Assembly (NCBI GenBank): GCA_000004985.1
Contig: GG738851.1
Strand: one strand, 5' to 3'
Length of the DNA stretch: 64,000 nt
Source of the DNA: Naegleria gruberi
Taxonomy: Eukaryota
Part shown: positions 22,775 to 35,209 of the stretch, piece after piece
Layout: every line of letters starts with the position of its first letter
Numbering within the stretch: the stretch's first letter is position 1
The notes under the pieces: model-generated
Seen by the model: the letters and a program-made list of their open reading frames with translations, nothing else
Database searches by the model: none
What the model was told of the DNA's origin: nothing
Translations under genes and position numbers: made by a program

Positions 22775-25700
22775 ATGCTCAAGTCCCAACTCTTAAAATC
22801 TGCCGGCAAGAATTCAACATCAGTCGCCAAGCAAGTATTTTCTGCCAAGTCGAAGAAGCAAACTGCTCAATTGATGCAAGGTTTGAACTCACAAAGAAAC
22901 TTGAGCAGTTCTTTTGTTACAAAGTCAACCCCATCCGACAGTTTTGCTTGGGTTGGTTCTAATTCTCAATATCTGGAAGAACTCGAACTTCAATGGAGAG
23001 CAAATCCATCAAGCGTACCAGTTGAATGGCAAACATATTTTGCTTCCCTTCCAGAAGTAGGATCATCAAGTGCTACTTTCCAAAGTGAATCATCTGGTTC
23101 CTCTAGCTTAAGTAGTCAAGCAGGTGCTCAAGGAGAAATTATTTCTCTCATTAGAGCCTTCCAAGTTTTTGGTCATCACGTAAGCAAATTAGACCCTTTG
23201 GGAAAGTATTCCGCTGATCTTGACTTCCAAGATATTCCTCAATTGGTTTGTATTTTGTTATTTAATTTAATAATTAATTTAAATAATTAAATTCATAACA
23301 ATAATTTAATGATGATGAAAATTTAACAATGGAATAATAGCATATTGAAAATTACCCACACCTCTGCAAGATGGACCCAAATACCCCAATTACTCTCTCC
23401 CAAGATTTGATCAAGGGTTTCCTCTCTTCATCAAATCCTCCACAAAATACACAATGGACATTAAAAACTTTGTTGGATAGACTCCAAGAAACATATTGCG
23501 GAACTATCGGATATGAATACATGCATATTAACAATAGAGATGTTTGCAATTGGTTAAGAGAAAGAATTGAAACAGCAACCAATGTAGATTTAACAGAAAA
23601 CGAAAAGAAAGTACTTTACGAAAGATTGACTTACAGTCATATGTTTGAAGATTATTTGGCAAACAAATTCCCAACAACAAAGAGATTTGGTTTGGAAGGT
23701 TGTGAATCATTGATTCCAGGTCTTAAGAGTATGATTGATACATCATCATCATTGGGTGTTGACAGTTTTGTTGTTGGTATGCCTCACAGAGGTCGTTTGA
23801 ATGTTTTGGCCAACGTTATGAGAAAGCCATTGGCTCAAATTTTCAGAGAATTCTTAGGAAAGACTGAAAACAAGTTGGGTTCCGGAGATGTTAAATATCA
23901 CTTGGGTACCTCAACAAAGCGTCACCTTCCTTTCACAAATAAGGAAGTTGAACTTTCACTTGTTCCTAATCCATCCCATCTTGAAGCTGTTAACCCAGTT
24001 GTTGAAGGAAAAGTTAAAGCTAAGCAAGTTCTTATGGGTGACAATAATAGAGAAAAAGTTTTACCAGTCTTACTTCACGGTGATGCTGCTTTTGCTGGAC
24101 AAGGTGTTATTTATGAAACTATGGGATTGAGTCAATTGGATGAATATGGAACTGGTGGTACTATTCACGTTGTTGTCAACAACCAAATCGGTTTCACTAC
24201 CAATCCAAGAAGTTCTAGATCTACTTCTTACTGTACAGATATCGCTAAATTCCTTAATGCTCCAGTTTTCCACGTCAATGCTGATGATCCAAATGCTGTT
24301 GTCAAGGTCTGTAAATTGGCTGCTGAATATAGACAACAATATCACGGAGATGTTGTCATTGATATTGTCTGTTATCGTAAGAGAGGTCACAATGAATTGG
24401 ATGAACCAATGTTCACTCAACCTCTCATGTATCAAGCTATTGCTAAACAAGAACCAGTTATTAGCAAGTATCGTAAACAACTTTTGAAGGAAGGCATTGT
24501 CAATGAAGAACACCTCAAGCAAGTTGACGAACAAGTTAAGAATGTTTTCGATGTTGAATTTGCTAGAGCTAAGACCGATGAAAAGTTGGATGTTACTGGT
24601 GAAGTTTGGTATTTGCAAGGAAGTAAGTGGGATAGAATGAAGACTCCACACGATTACTCTCCAATCAGATCTACTGGTATTCCAATGGAAGTTTTGAAGA
24701 CTCTTGGTAAACAAGTTTCTACTCTTCCAGAAAATGATAACTTTAAGCCACACAAGGGTATTGCTCGTGTCTATAATCAAAGATCTCAAATGATTGAATC
24801 TGGTGAAGGTTTGGATTGGGGTATGGGTGAAACTCTTGCTTATGCTACACTTTTGAATGAAGGTTATCATGTCAGAATCAGTGGTCAAGATGTTGAAAGA
24901 GGTACTTTCTCACACAGACATGCTGTTGTCACTGATCAAGAATCTGAAAAGAGATACATTCCACTCAAGACTATCTCAAATACTGCTCAATTTACTGTTG
25001 CTAACTCTAGTTTGAGTGAATTTGGTGTTCTTGGTTTCGAATACGGTTATTCTATGGAATCACCAAATCAACTCGTTATTTGGGAAGGTCAATTCGGTGA
25101 CTTTGCTAACGGTGCTTCAATTATCGTTGATCAATTCATTTCTTGTGCTGAACAAAAGTGGATGAGATCATCTGGTCTCACTCTTCTCCTTCCTCATGGT
25201 TATGAAGGTCAAGGTCCAGAACACAGTAACGCCAGAATGGAACGTTATTTGCAACTCTGTGACGAAGATGATGAAACTCTCCCAGAAAAGGATTCAAGCA
25301 AGACTCTCCAAATTCAAAAAGCTAACATGCAAGTTGTCAATTGTACCACCCCAGCCAATTTCTTCCACGTTTTGAGAAGACAATTGCACCGTGATTTCAG
25401 AAAGCCATTGGTTGTTTTCACACCTAAGAGTTTGCTCAGATTGAAGGAAGCTGCTTCATCCTTGTCTGAATTTGCTGCTGGTACTTCATTCAAGCAAGTT
25501 ATTGATGATGAAACTGGTGCCATCACTGATCCAAAGAAGGTCAAGAGAGTTGTTTTCTGTTCTGGTAAGGTTTATTATGATCTCCTCAGTGCTAGAACTA
25601 CACAAAATGTTGCTCTTGTTCGTGTTGAACAATTGGCTCCTTTCCCATTCCATAGAGTTATTGAAATCGCTGAAAAGTATCCAAATGCTGAATATGTTTG

Positions 25701-25902
25701 GTGTCAAGAAGAACCAAAGAACTATGGTGGTTGGTCACACGTTTATCCAAGATTCAAGACCTGTCTTAAGAACACAACTGAAAAGATTAAGCATCACGAT
25801 ATAAGGTTCGTTGGCAGAAAAATTTCAGCATCGCCTGCCACAGGGTATGCTTCAAAACATAATGAAGAGCAAAGAGAAATTGTTACTCAAGCTTTGAACT
25901 GA
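22775..25902 (+). CDS. OGDH: 2-oxoglutarate dehydrogenase E1 component; exons 22775..23245 and 23341..25902, intron 23246..23340 (GTTTGT..AATAG, 95 nt)
   Basis: End-to-end collinear with OGDH E1: YLEELELQWRANP, LIRAFQVFGHHV..LDPLG, GMPHRGRLNVLANV, LLHGDAAFAGQG, HVNADDP, MFTQPLMY, GQDVERGTFSHRH, EGQFGDFANGA, LLLPHGYEGQGPEHSNAR, WCQEEPKN. The presequence is MLKSQLLKSAG. Confidence 0.9.
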
Positions 25903-26215
25903 TTGATTTGTTGAGAAAATGATTAAATAACAATTTTAACAATTTTAATAATTTTTGAAGAAATCATGTAGCACTGTTCCACTTCCTTAGTCGTGACCTG
26001 GAATTATGGAACTGAGCTAAGTACCTATGTTTCCTCTCTCTTTATAACTTGATTCCTGAAAAATGTTAACGAATACTACTAGAAGTTAATGGTGTTTTAT
26101 TGAGGTGAAGAGAATAATGTTTTTACTTGAAATTAGGAAAACTTTTTACTAACAGTTACACAATTAGAAAATATTTTTAATACAAATTACATATACAAAT
26201 ATTAATTACATAAAA

Positions 26216-27730
26216 TTATTTAGAAAAGTCAAAATCATCAAAAGACTTGTTTTCATCCTTGCTAACACCAATAGCAAAACTGTCGTGAGCACGTTCGGAA
26301 GTAAATTCTGTGTCAACATATTTGGTATCGTTACCATCATGCAATTGTGGTTTGAATGGAGCAGAAATACCCTTACTATAGAGGTTATCCCAGTTAATAT
26401 TCTTAAAGAATGGATGTGCTCGGATTTCAGCTCCATCTGATGGGCCACCTCCTAAACGTTTATATTCTTCTCTGTCTAATAAACCTTTAAGAAGAGATTG
26501 TGCATCAGCTGGAACACTACTTGGGAATTTGAGTGGGGCCTTCAAAATTAATTCATACATTTCATTAATATTTTCAGAGTAGAATGGTGGCAAACCAACA
26601 ATCATTTCATACAAGAGAATACCGAGAGACCACCAATCGACAGCCTTACCGTGTCCTTGTCCCTTCAAGATTTCTGGAGCTAAATATTCAGGAGTACTAT
26701 TAATGTTAAAAATGTTTAAAATCATTTCAATCAACATACCCACAGAATGTATAAGTTGGAGTATTATTTCCCATAGATGTCTTGGCCAATCCAAAATCTG
26801 TTAAAACAGCATAACCATCACCATCAAGAACAACATTTTCAGGCTTCAAATCTCTGTAAATAATATCATTCTTGTGCAAATGTTCAATAGCCATAACAAT
26901 TTGAGCAGCATAGAATTTAGCACGTTCAACATCAAATTTAGTTTCTTCTCTCAAGTGGAAGAATAATTCACCACCTGGTAAATAATCTAATACTAAATAC
27001 AACTTTTCTTCAGTTTGGAAAGCATAATGCAAAGAAACAATGAATGGGTGATCAATACTTTGCAAAATTTTCTTTTCAGCAAGGGTATGTGACACCATGT
27101 TTTCCTTGATGATCATATCCTTTCTAAGAACTTTCATGGCATAGACTCTAGAAGCACCCTTTTGTTTAACCTTCATAACTTTACCGAATGAACCTCTTCC
27201 GACAACTAACCAAATAATTAAAAAACAAAGCTTTGTGTTTTTACATACCTGTAAGTAATTCAAAATCGTTCAAGGAAACCTTAACATCTGACGATTTGTT
27301 ACCAATAGTAATTTGTTCCAAAGATTTAGCCTTAAGAATTTCCTCCTTGAATTCTTCCAATCCTTCCTTATCAGATGATGGATTATAATTCATAGCTTTG
27401 TTCAATTCTTTCATCCAAACTTGGAACTCTGTTTCATTTTCCGCACTAATTTCATAAACTCTGGCCAAGTTTTTACCTCTAAGTTTAAAGCTCATAGGCT
27501 TTGTTTCATCAATTTCAACTTTAGCTCCTTGGATATTGATAAAACCTGTTGGCTTGAGCTCACCTTGTTTCTTGAAGTAGAAAAGAAGCTTTCCTCTCAA
27601 TTCAAACCATCTTCCTGTTATCATCATGGTGATCAATATTATTAAATTAAAATTTTAATACTTACTCTTGTAGGTTTTAATTTTACCTCCCTTCTTCTTT
27701 AAATATCCAGAGAAGTCTGGCTTTTCCATA
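26216..27730 (-). CDS. AGC-family protein kinase with N-terminal PH domain (PKB/Akt-like); 4 exons
   Basis: Exon 1 ~27667..27730 (MEKPDFSGYLKKKGGKIKTYK), intron GTAAGT..AACAG. Exon 2 ~27249..27614 is the PH domain (..EFQVWMKELN). Exon 3 26740..27205 carries GRGSFGKVMKV, HRDLKPEN and DFG; intron 26697..26739 (GTATGT..TAATAG, 43 nt). Exon 4 26216..26696 carries TPEYLAPE and the AGC tail ending FDDFDFSK. Confidence 0.85.
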
Positions 27731-28408
27731 GGATTAACCTGTGTATACAAAATAGATCAATGATTTTGTTGTTTCCGTAAATAAAACCTCTCTTTTCCCT
27801 TGTCTACATACCTCCATTTTATTCTTCTTGTTGTTGTATAAATTGCTGTGGGGAGCAATACGAAATTTTTTTACAAAGTGCTGTGATGGTGATCTCTCTC
27901 TGAGCAACCTTCTTGAATACGTTGGACATCTCTGCTGAGGATGAGCATTTTTGGAAAAGAGTACCTTTAATACGAACAATGAAGGGTTGTAAAGGGATGT
28001 CATACACTTGCAACCAGACATCTTGCAAACTACAATTATTATTACATTGCCATTGATTGTTGTTGATTATCAAATGTTTTAAATTTGCCTTTCATTGTAT
28101 TATCCTTCAAGTTAGTTTGGAATTTTGTGTTTGAGGGAAGATACAAGCTGAGATAATTATAAATCTCTAAGGGCGATTGTTCATAATAAGGATATATTTG
28201 AACAAATAGACTCATATGTGGAGTTATGATTAAGGCAATGCAGTTGGAGGGTGCTCTTTATTCTGGAAGATTCAATCTCTAACTGCTGCTTGCTAAAGAG
28301 AAAAAATAGGAGAGTTTTTTATTAAGGCAAACAATAGACCTTGAATTCGCTCTCATGAACAATTGGTGTTTCGCATTAAGGGTGTTACTTCCCTCTCATG
28401 TGGAATAA

Positions 28409-29701
28409 TTAGACGGTTTTATAAGGATCAAATTCGATCGAGGTATTGGAGTTTCCGAAATATTGCTTGCTGTGGCTTTCAATCATTTTGGAAAGCATTT
28501 TGACACTGCCCATGATACCGGACTTGCTTATTGGTTGTAAGAAACTTTCATTATTCAAAATTCTTTCGGTTTGATACGAGTCGTCCTTCTTAAAAACTGG
28601 CAATGTTTCAATTTCCTCACTTTTCTCATGAACTTTTTTGGAATAATTGGACATGATAACTGGGAATAAAGACAAAAGTGAGAGGCAAATAAGGAATATG
28701 ATGGTTTTTGGTTGATAAATGTCATTCACACTTTTCAATTCTGAAAGAATTAATCCAGCATGAACAGTTATATAATTAAATGGAATCATTCCTATAAATA
28801 CAGAATATGTTTGTTCAGCAGCAGAAATACCAAGAACAGGTCCAGCAATATTTACAAACCAGTTTGGTGTCAGTGGAAATAATCTTAATGAAATTAAAAA
28901 CCAAACCATTTTAAAACCTCCTAGTTTTCTATTCCTATTCATTAAGGAAGATAGTTTTGAAATTTTTGTTCTGAACCATTCGAAACTCAATAGAAAATCC
29001 TTTCCACTAAAATACCACAATACATGACAAAGAACAGCTCCAATAGTATTTAAAACTGTGCAAATAAATGTTCCATAAAAAGTTCCCATCAAAGCACCAG
29101 ATATTATATTCAAAAATATTGTTCTGAATAGAAATACATATTTGTTAAATATGATGGAAATAAATTAGTAAAAATTAGCACACTTTCCACTTACCCTGGT
29201 ACACAACAAATTTGATTCTTTTGAAGGATCATTCCTAATATTTCATTATTAATTACTTACAAATAAATATAAACAACAAAAAAGGCAGAATAATTCAAAC
29301 GAATGCTTGTCAGCTTCCTCACTCTTGAGTATTTCATAATCCTTCTTAAGATCATCCAAAGTCCATACCATTTTAATATTTAGTTTTGAATGGAGTGGAA
29401 TATAAAAGTATAATACAAAACATAAATTCAAAATTGACACTAGTGGTATTAATAATAATCTCCGATAAGACTTTTTGTATTGTTTTGATGAAGAAATAAT
29501 TTCCTCCTCATCAAAATTGTTCTCCCTATGATTCATTGATGAATAATTTAGTGTCGGAACAAAATCTGTTGTTGTTAATTTATCATGGTGTAGCCTCTGA
29601 TTATTGTTGGTATTATTAAATTCTTCTTCCGATCCTCCTACCACATAATTATTGATTCGATGTGTTGTTGTCGTAGTATTCAAAGATGTTGGAAATTTCA
29701 T
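28409..29701 (-). CDS. TVP38/TMEM41 (DedA, SNARE-associated Golgi protein) family membrane protein; at least 2 exons, junction in 29114..29248 unresolved
   Basis: The upstream ORF ends ..SFELFCLFCCLYLF|GTAAGT. The downstream ORF carries IFLNIISGALMGTFYGTFI and FPLTPNWFVNIAGPVLGISAAEQ, typical of the DedA/TVP38 core. The frames differ across the gap. Confidence 0.5.
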
Positions 29702-30174
29702 TTTTTATCAGTTGTCTTAACAAAATTTGTATTAGAGTTCATAAGGAACACTGAATCGTACAAATAACATTATCCATGGTCAACACTATCAAGTTAGCAT
29801 TCTTTGTTAATGAGAAACGGTCAAAGAGCTCGAAACAAGATCGATTGATTTCAAGGATTTGTGAATTTTTATGCTTCCTAGAGCAAGTCATCACCCAACT
29901 TTCAAGATAATGAATACACAAACGAATTGCAACATCATTGGATAAAAACATCTGAATGATTGCACAAACTAGATTGCCTTTCAAATTCACTTCATGTCGT
30001 TGTGTGATTGAAAAAAATGGAAATGATTATCATGTGAAATGCTTATTTAACCCTTACAATAGAATACCAATTTGATGATACTTTAGCTTTAATTATCACC
30101 TCTAACTATTACTTTTATACTAATAAATATATTCGCCATTAGTACTAAGCCTTAGTGAAACTTCATCATAAAAA

Positions 30175-31940
30175 ATGGATCCAATTAGCCAAGAAACTCA
30201 AGCAGAGATTTCTTCGGATGCTGTTGCTACTGATAATGTTACTATAAATGAGGAGCAGCCTCAACTTGTAGTGAGTGTTCCACCAACAATAACAATCAGT
30301 ACAGAGAATAACGATGTTGAGGTTATTAGTAACAACAATGAGCAAGGAAGCGTACCGAGTTCTCCAACGCTACTAGTAGAAGTCTCATCTTCGTCAAACA
30401 CTCCAACAATTTCAACTTCTGATGCTATGAACGTTTTGGTTGCAACTTCCACAGGCAACATGGCCTCAATTGCATCATCAATGACGAGACAACTAACAGA
30501 GAAAAGTATAGGTAAGATTTTTATTGAATTTGAAATCCTTAATCTTCTTTATCAGAGGAAGATTCAAATGAAGCAACTTGTGTGGATATGGAAACATCTA
30601 CATTCGTTGATGATTATTCATCTGGCGATGAAGATGATCAAAACAAAAAGAAAAAGAAAGATGATCCTAAAAAGTTTAACCTTGACGGAATTAATACAAT
30701 GAAAGGAATCATAATGGAAGAATGGAAAAAGTTTGGTTTTGCTGCTCAAACAAAACGAGATGCTGAAATGTGGGCACAAACACTTCAATTTCCTGGAGTT
30801 CCCGAAAGAGGAGAGGTTCTTAGAAGATTATTTTCTGTGTTTAGATGGGGTGGATTGTGTTTTAGACATAAGGCAATTGCATTTGATAAAAAGAAGAGTG
30901 ATGACGATTCAGATTTTGTTTGGAAAAATTGGTATGATGTTGGATGGCCTATTTGTACAGCTATTTCTCATGGTGGTAGAGTAATTATTCAATTACCTAA
31001 GAAAACAGGATCCGACAGAACATATGATTATTCATTTTGGAATTGGATCATTACAGGATCTAAAACAGGGGATGTTGCAAAGCATGTGACAACAGGAACA
31101 TCTGGAGACCATTGTATAAAGCGAGGAAAGATAATATTCAAGAGATTGAGTGCTACGCATGGTATTGATTTTGAAGAAAATGAGTTACCTCTCATGGATG
31201 GAACAAGGAAGGTATTAATTGAACAAAAAACCACAGGTTTCAGTTTGAGAGACACCAAAATGTTAAGATCAGTTGAATATACATTGAAACATCACAGACA
31301 TTGGGGAATGAATATTCCAATTGGTGGTGAAGGGCAAACCTTACTTACAGGAAGTAAATCTTATGCAAATGGATCCAATGGCCATTTATACATTTATCAC
31401 ATGGCACCAAAAACTGACTCTTATGGTGGTATTATGCTTGGGTTAGAAGGAAGCGAATATGGTAAATATGATATGTGTGGTGAATACCACGGTGTGAGTG
31501 CCAAGTCAAGTGCATTCTCACCCACACTCGGTTTCAAATGGCATTCCAAGGAACATCTAGATTTGACAACAGTGAAAGGCCCAGGTAAATATGATTGTAT
31601 GTTTGTGGATTTGTCATATGGTTGGGATTTTATTGTTGAAAAGTATGAAAACGAATGGAAGGATGATATGGTCAAGCAAACATCATTACCTAATCCAAAC
31701 CATCCACAGTTTACAGAAATTTCAACAAAACTCAATCTTTCTCCAAAATTTATTTCATCCATTGTAAATTTGAGAAACACTGAGAGAGGAAGAAAATGGA
31801 AATCACTTGTAGACAAACGATTAGAAAAGACAAGTAATAATTTTAAGGACAAAATTACAATATCAAAGAAGAAAACCAAGTTTTACAATTTTACAACAAC
31901 CCGAGCAGCAATCTCCTTCGCCAATTTATACGGGCAATAA
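30175..31940 (+). CDS. hypothetical protein: Thr/Ser-rich N-terminus plus ~380-aa Trp/His/Gly-rich globular C-terminal domain; exons 30175..30511 and 30556..31940, intron 30512..30555 (GTAAGA..ATCAG, 44 nt)
   Basis: Splicing joins ..LTEKSIG to EEDSNEATCVDMETSTF in frame. No known family recognised (segments such as WGMNIPIGGEGQ, HLYIYHMAPKTDSYGG, CGEYHGVS). Confidence 0.55.
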
Positions 31941-32755
31941 ACTAAACACATTTTGGAAAAGTATTAATAATGATTGGAAATTGAAAAGAATTGTACAACC
32001 AATTTTTGATATAAATGATTGCACAACTTTCAAAGAACTGAACAATTGGTATATAAAGTGAGAAAAGACACTTTAACAACCAGTGAATTGACATTACTTT
32101 TAAGTTTTTTCCCAAATGATGAAAAATTATATTCAAAATTTGTAACATTTATTACAATCTTCGTCATCAATCTGTACAATACAGACAATTCCTTGAGGAT
32201 AGTAAAATGTTTTCCTATAGAGCCGCACCTATTACTGATGATATTCAAAATATAAATATGGAATGGGGAACTAATCATGAAGATAATGCATTGGCATGGA
32301 GAAAAATAATGACTTGGAATCTTTAGATTATTTGAATGAAAATTTTAACATCAATTTACCTCTACCTTTAGGAGCTTTCCTGACGCTATTCTCTATGAAG
32401 AAATTGTTCCAAACAAACAATGCATTTTAAGAGGTTTAAATGAAATGAAATCCTGTGTTGAAATCAAATGTTCTTCTCCTTTTATTTTAAACAAAGATGG
32501 TTCTTTTGCATATAGACATCAAATACGATATTATTATATTCCACAAATTCAACTTCAAATGCACCTAACACAGAATGATTCTTGCTTAATGGTTAATTAT
32601 ACACCAACAGCAGGATGTTCTTGATGATATTTTACATGATATTTTCCAATTATTATCAATCTTGATTAATTTACTTTATCCATATGTGGTGCATCAAATA
32701 TATTATCACTATCTTTATTGTTTGAATTTATTGAAGTGGAGTCATAACTAACGTT

Positions 32756-34560
32756 TTATTTGTCTGTCTTTTGCACAATAATTGGAGTACCTACTTGTAC
32801 AACTACAAAGGCATGGATTGGTTTTGTAGAAAATTTCTTATTCTCCTTCAACAATTTAACATAATCACTAAGTTGTGTTTTTGCTTTTTCAACAACATGA
32901 CTAACTATTTTCATTTCCTCCTTATCTGTTCCAAAGAGATATGTTTCATTTAATGGTAGATTAAGTAATTCATTTTCGAATAATTCAGAAAGTCCTTCAT
33001 TAATTCTTTCAACAGTTTTGGGACGTTTCCATTTTCCACTCAATACATCAAACATAGTTCTCCTATATTGCTCTATCAATATCTTTGATTTCGATTTAGT
33101 TCTCTGTTTTAAAACATATTTCAATTGTTTATCATTCCAGGTTAAACCATTAGGACTAATTCTTTTAAGTTCAAATATTATCACATCTTTATCACTTTCC
33201 AATATTATATCAGTTCTTTTATCAAAATCATTATCTACTTTTTGATTCTCACTGAAATGTTGTTCATTGATTCCACTTTCTGTTTTAACTTGGAAATAAG
33301 AGTTTCCATGTTTATAGTAAGCTTGTAAAACACAATAAATTGCATGTTGAAGTGCTCCCTCTGAAAAAGAATTATCATAATGGATATACCTTTCTCCAAT
33401 AATATTTTCCAATATCTTTTTTACAATGTCCACAGAAGGATGTTTGTAACGTAATATCATGTCATTTTGAGTTAGTGAAACAATATTTTCCAGTTCATAA
33501 AAATATTGTTTTTGTGCTATTTCATTGGGAATTAATAATGTTTTACAGAATGAATTATCTTCTTCTGAAAATGTAAGCATTCCATGGTAATACATGAAGG
33601 ATAATGTATTATCCCATACTTGTTTTACACTTAACTCAGTCGTTGGTGGTTCTATAATCTCACGAAGTTTGAAAGAACTAACAATGGAAGTATTAACTTG
33701 AACAAAATTTGTGGCTAAAAGTTGTTGAATGATAGGAGTAGAAACTGAAGTTGTTGCAAGAGTAGCAAAAACATTCTCACTAATTTTTGTGTTATTATCT
33801 ATCATATTGATGAGAGGAATATCTTTACCTTCCATAACATCTGATCTGAATTGATTATTACTCAAAAGCTTATCCATAAAATACATTGACAGAGTGGGAT
33901 TGAAGAGGGGTTGAGATGATCCTGGAAAATGATAACCTTTATAGAATCTTTTCATTATTGAGATTGCATTATTATTCTGATGATCATTTAAAATACCTAT
34001 ATTATTCAAGGCCAGTCTCAAATCACTTTCAGTGAAACCAACTAAATCACCAAACATTTCCCAATCTGCTTTTTCCTTTCAACATTGCTGTTACCAAGTT
34101 ATCAAATGACACAAGAGCATCGGATGAAATAATTTGTTGAATATTACCTTCCATATTATGAATGGTTAAAAATCTTGTGATATCCGAATTGATTTTGTTG
34201 AATAACGCTTGTTTGATATCTTCAGGAGAACCACTAACATCAATTGAAAAATGTGTATGATTCTCAGGTTTGCCAATCCACAAACCACCAAACAATTCAT
34301 CAAATTGATCTTTCTTGTTAATATCATAATATGACGTCAACATTGATAATAACAATGACTTTCCCCATCTCGGGGGACGAACAAAGAATAATTGTTTACC
34401 ACTACTTTCCAACAAAGGAATCAAATGAGTCTTATCAACATAGAATTGTTTGCTTCTTCTGATGGACGCAAAGTCTGCTTCACCATACGGAAAATAGGGA
34501 ACAGTAACATCAATTAGATTGTTATTTAAATTTAGAATTGTTGAAAATTGTCTGAGTTGA
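32756..34560 (-). pseudogene. bacterial-type AAA-ATPase-like (PF09820-like) plus C-terminal PD-(D/E)XK nuclease (DUF1703-like) gene, apparently disrupted
   Basis: FYVDKTHLIPLLESSGKQLFFVRPPRWGKSLLLSMLTSYYD..DELFGGLWIG is the hallmark of the predicted-AAA-ATPase N-domain. The C-terminus DIILESDKDVIIFELK is a D..E.K PD-(D/E)XK core. There is a +1 frame change at an A5 run near 34050, and the frame extends upstream to a TAA with no in-frame ATG. Confidence 0.6.
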
Positions 34561-34689
34561 TGGTTAGTGAATATAGACGGAGTAGTACAAGGTTGATGAT
34601 TGAATTTTATATTGTTGATGAGTTGGTGATCACGGATAAAATTTAGATGTGATGAAAAGGATGTTTTATGAGGAGTATGTTAAAAAAAA

Positions 34690-34910
34690 ATTTGTTTTGC
34701 GGAGCAAACAAGGCGTGTGTTGCGCATTTTTTTCAACAATGTACCAAAGGTACTGTGGGCAAACTCGTTAAATATTTGCATCGATGTGCAAATCTGTCAA
34801 GTCGACACAAACCACCTTCCGAGGCAATGGATTCCTACGAGATTTACCAGGCAGCAGTAACTGTCCTGGGTTTACATTGGGAGTGGAGAGTAAGGTAAAT
34901 GGATGCTCAC
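34690..34910. ncRNA. GC/CpG-rich intergenic island, candidate small non-coding RNA (strand and identity unknown)
   Basis: ~220 bp with many CG dinucleotides (gcggagc, ggcgtgtgttgcgc, catcgatg, gtcgac, ccgagg) set in ~75% AT intergenic DNA. Contains local stems such as ACCAGG..CCTGGT. No credible ORF. Confidence 0.25.
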
Positions 34911-35209
34911 TATCTGATTCTTTCTATATTATTACTTGTTCTTGAATTGTAAGAATTTTTTAGGCCAAAAGCAATTTCAATTACACAAACGACTTGTTTT
35001 AAGTACTCCATTGTTCTTTTCTTTTTTGATTATTAAAAAAATCGATTGATCCATATTTAATTAGTATTTAAAGTGTCTGAATTGAATTAGCAGCAGAACT
35101 CAAGCGTGGATGGATTGAAGGGAAGGAAAAGCTAAAAATATTTCTACTAGTTTTAATAAAAAAATTGTACAGTCTGATCCTGTGTTTGCTGTGGTAATAG
35201 GAGGAAACA

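Noticed and set aside
22343-22789. ORFs 22343..22576 and 22583..22789 (minus) in the OGDH upstream region
   Set aside because: Short, alternative-start initiated, no coding periodicity, and they overlap the promoter and repeated motif region. Treated as non-coding.
25960-26050. tRNA-like fragment (tagctcagtt on the minus strand) in the OGDH/kinase convergent spacer
   Set aside because: It has no cloverleaf: no matching D-stem, T-loop GTTCGA or acceptor complementarity. It matches only 10 nt of a D-loop consensus.
27734-28073. ORFs upstream of the PKB-like kinase (27734..28021, 27819..28073)
   Set aside because: They lie in the kinase 5' flank with no motif or composition support; probably promoter or 5' UTR. 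The region is slightly GC-richer than other spacers, but I found no RNA-like structure.
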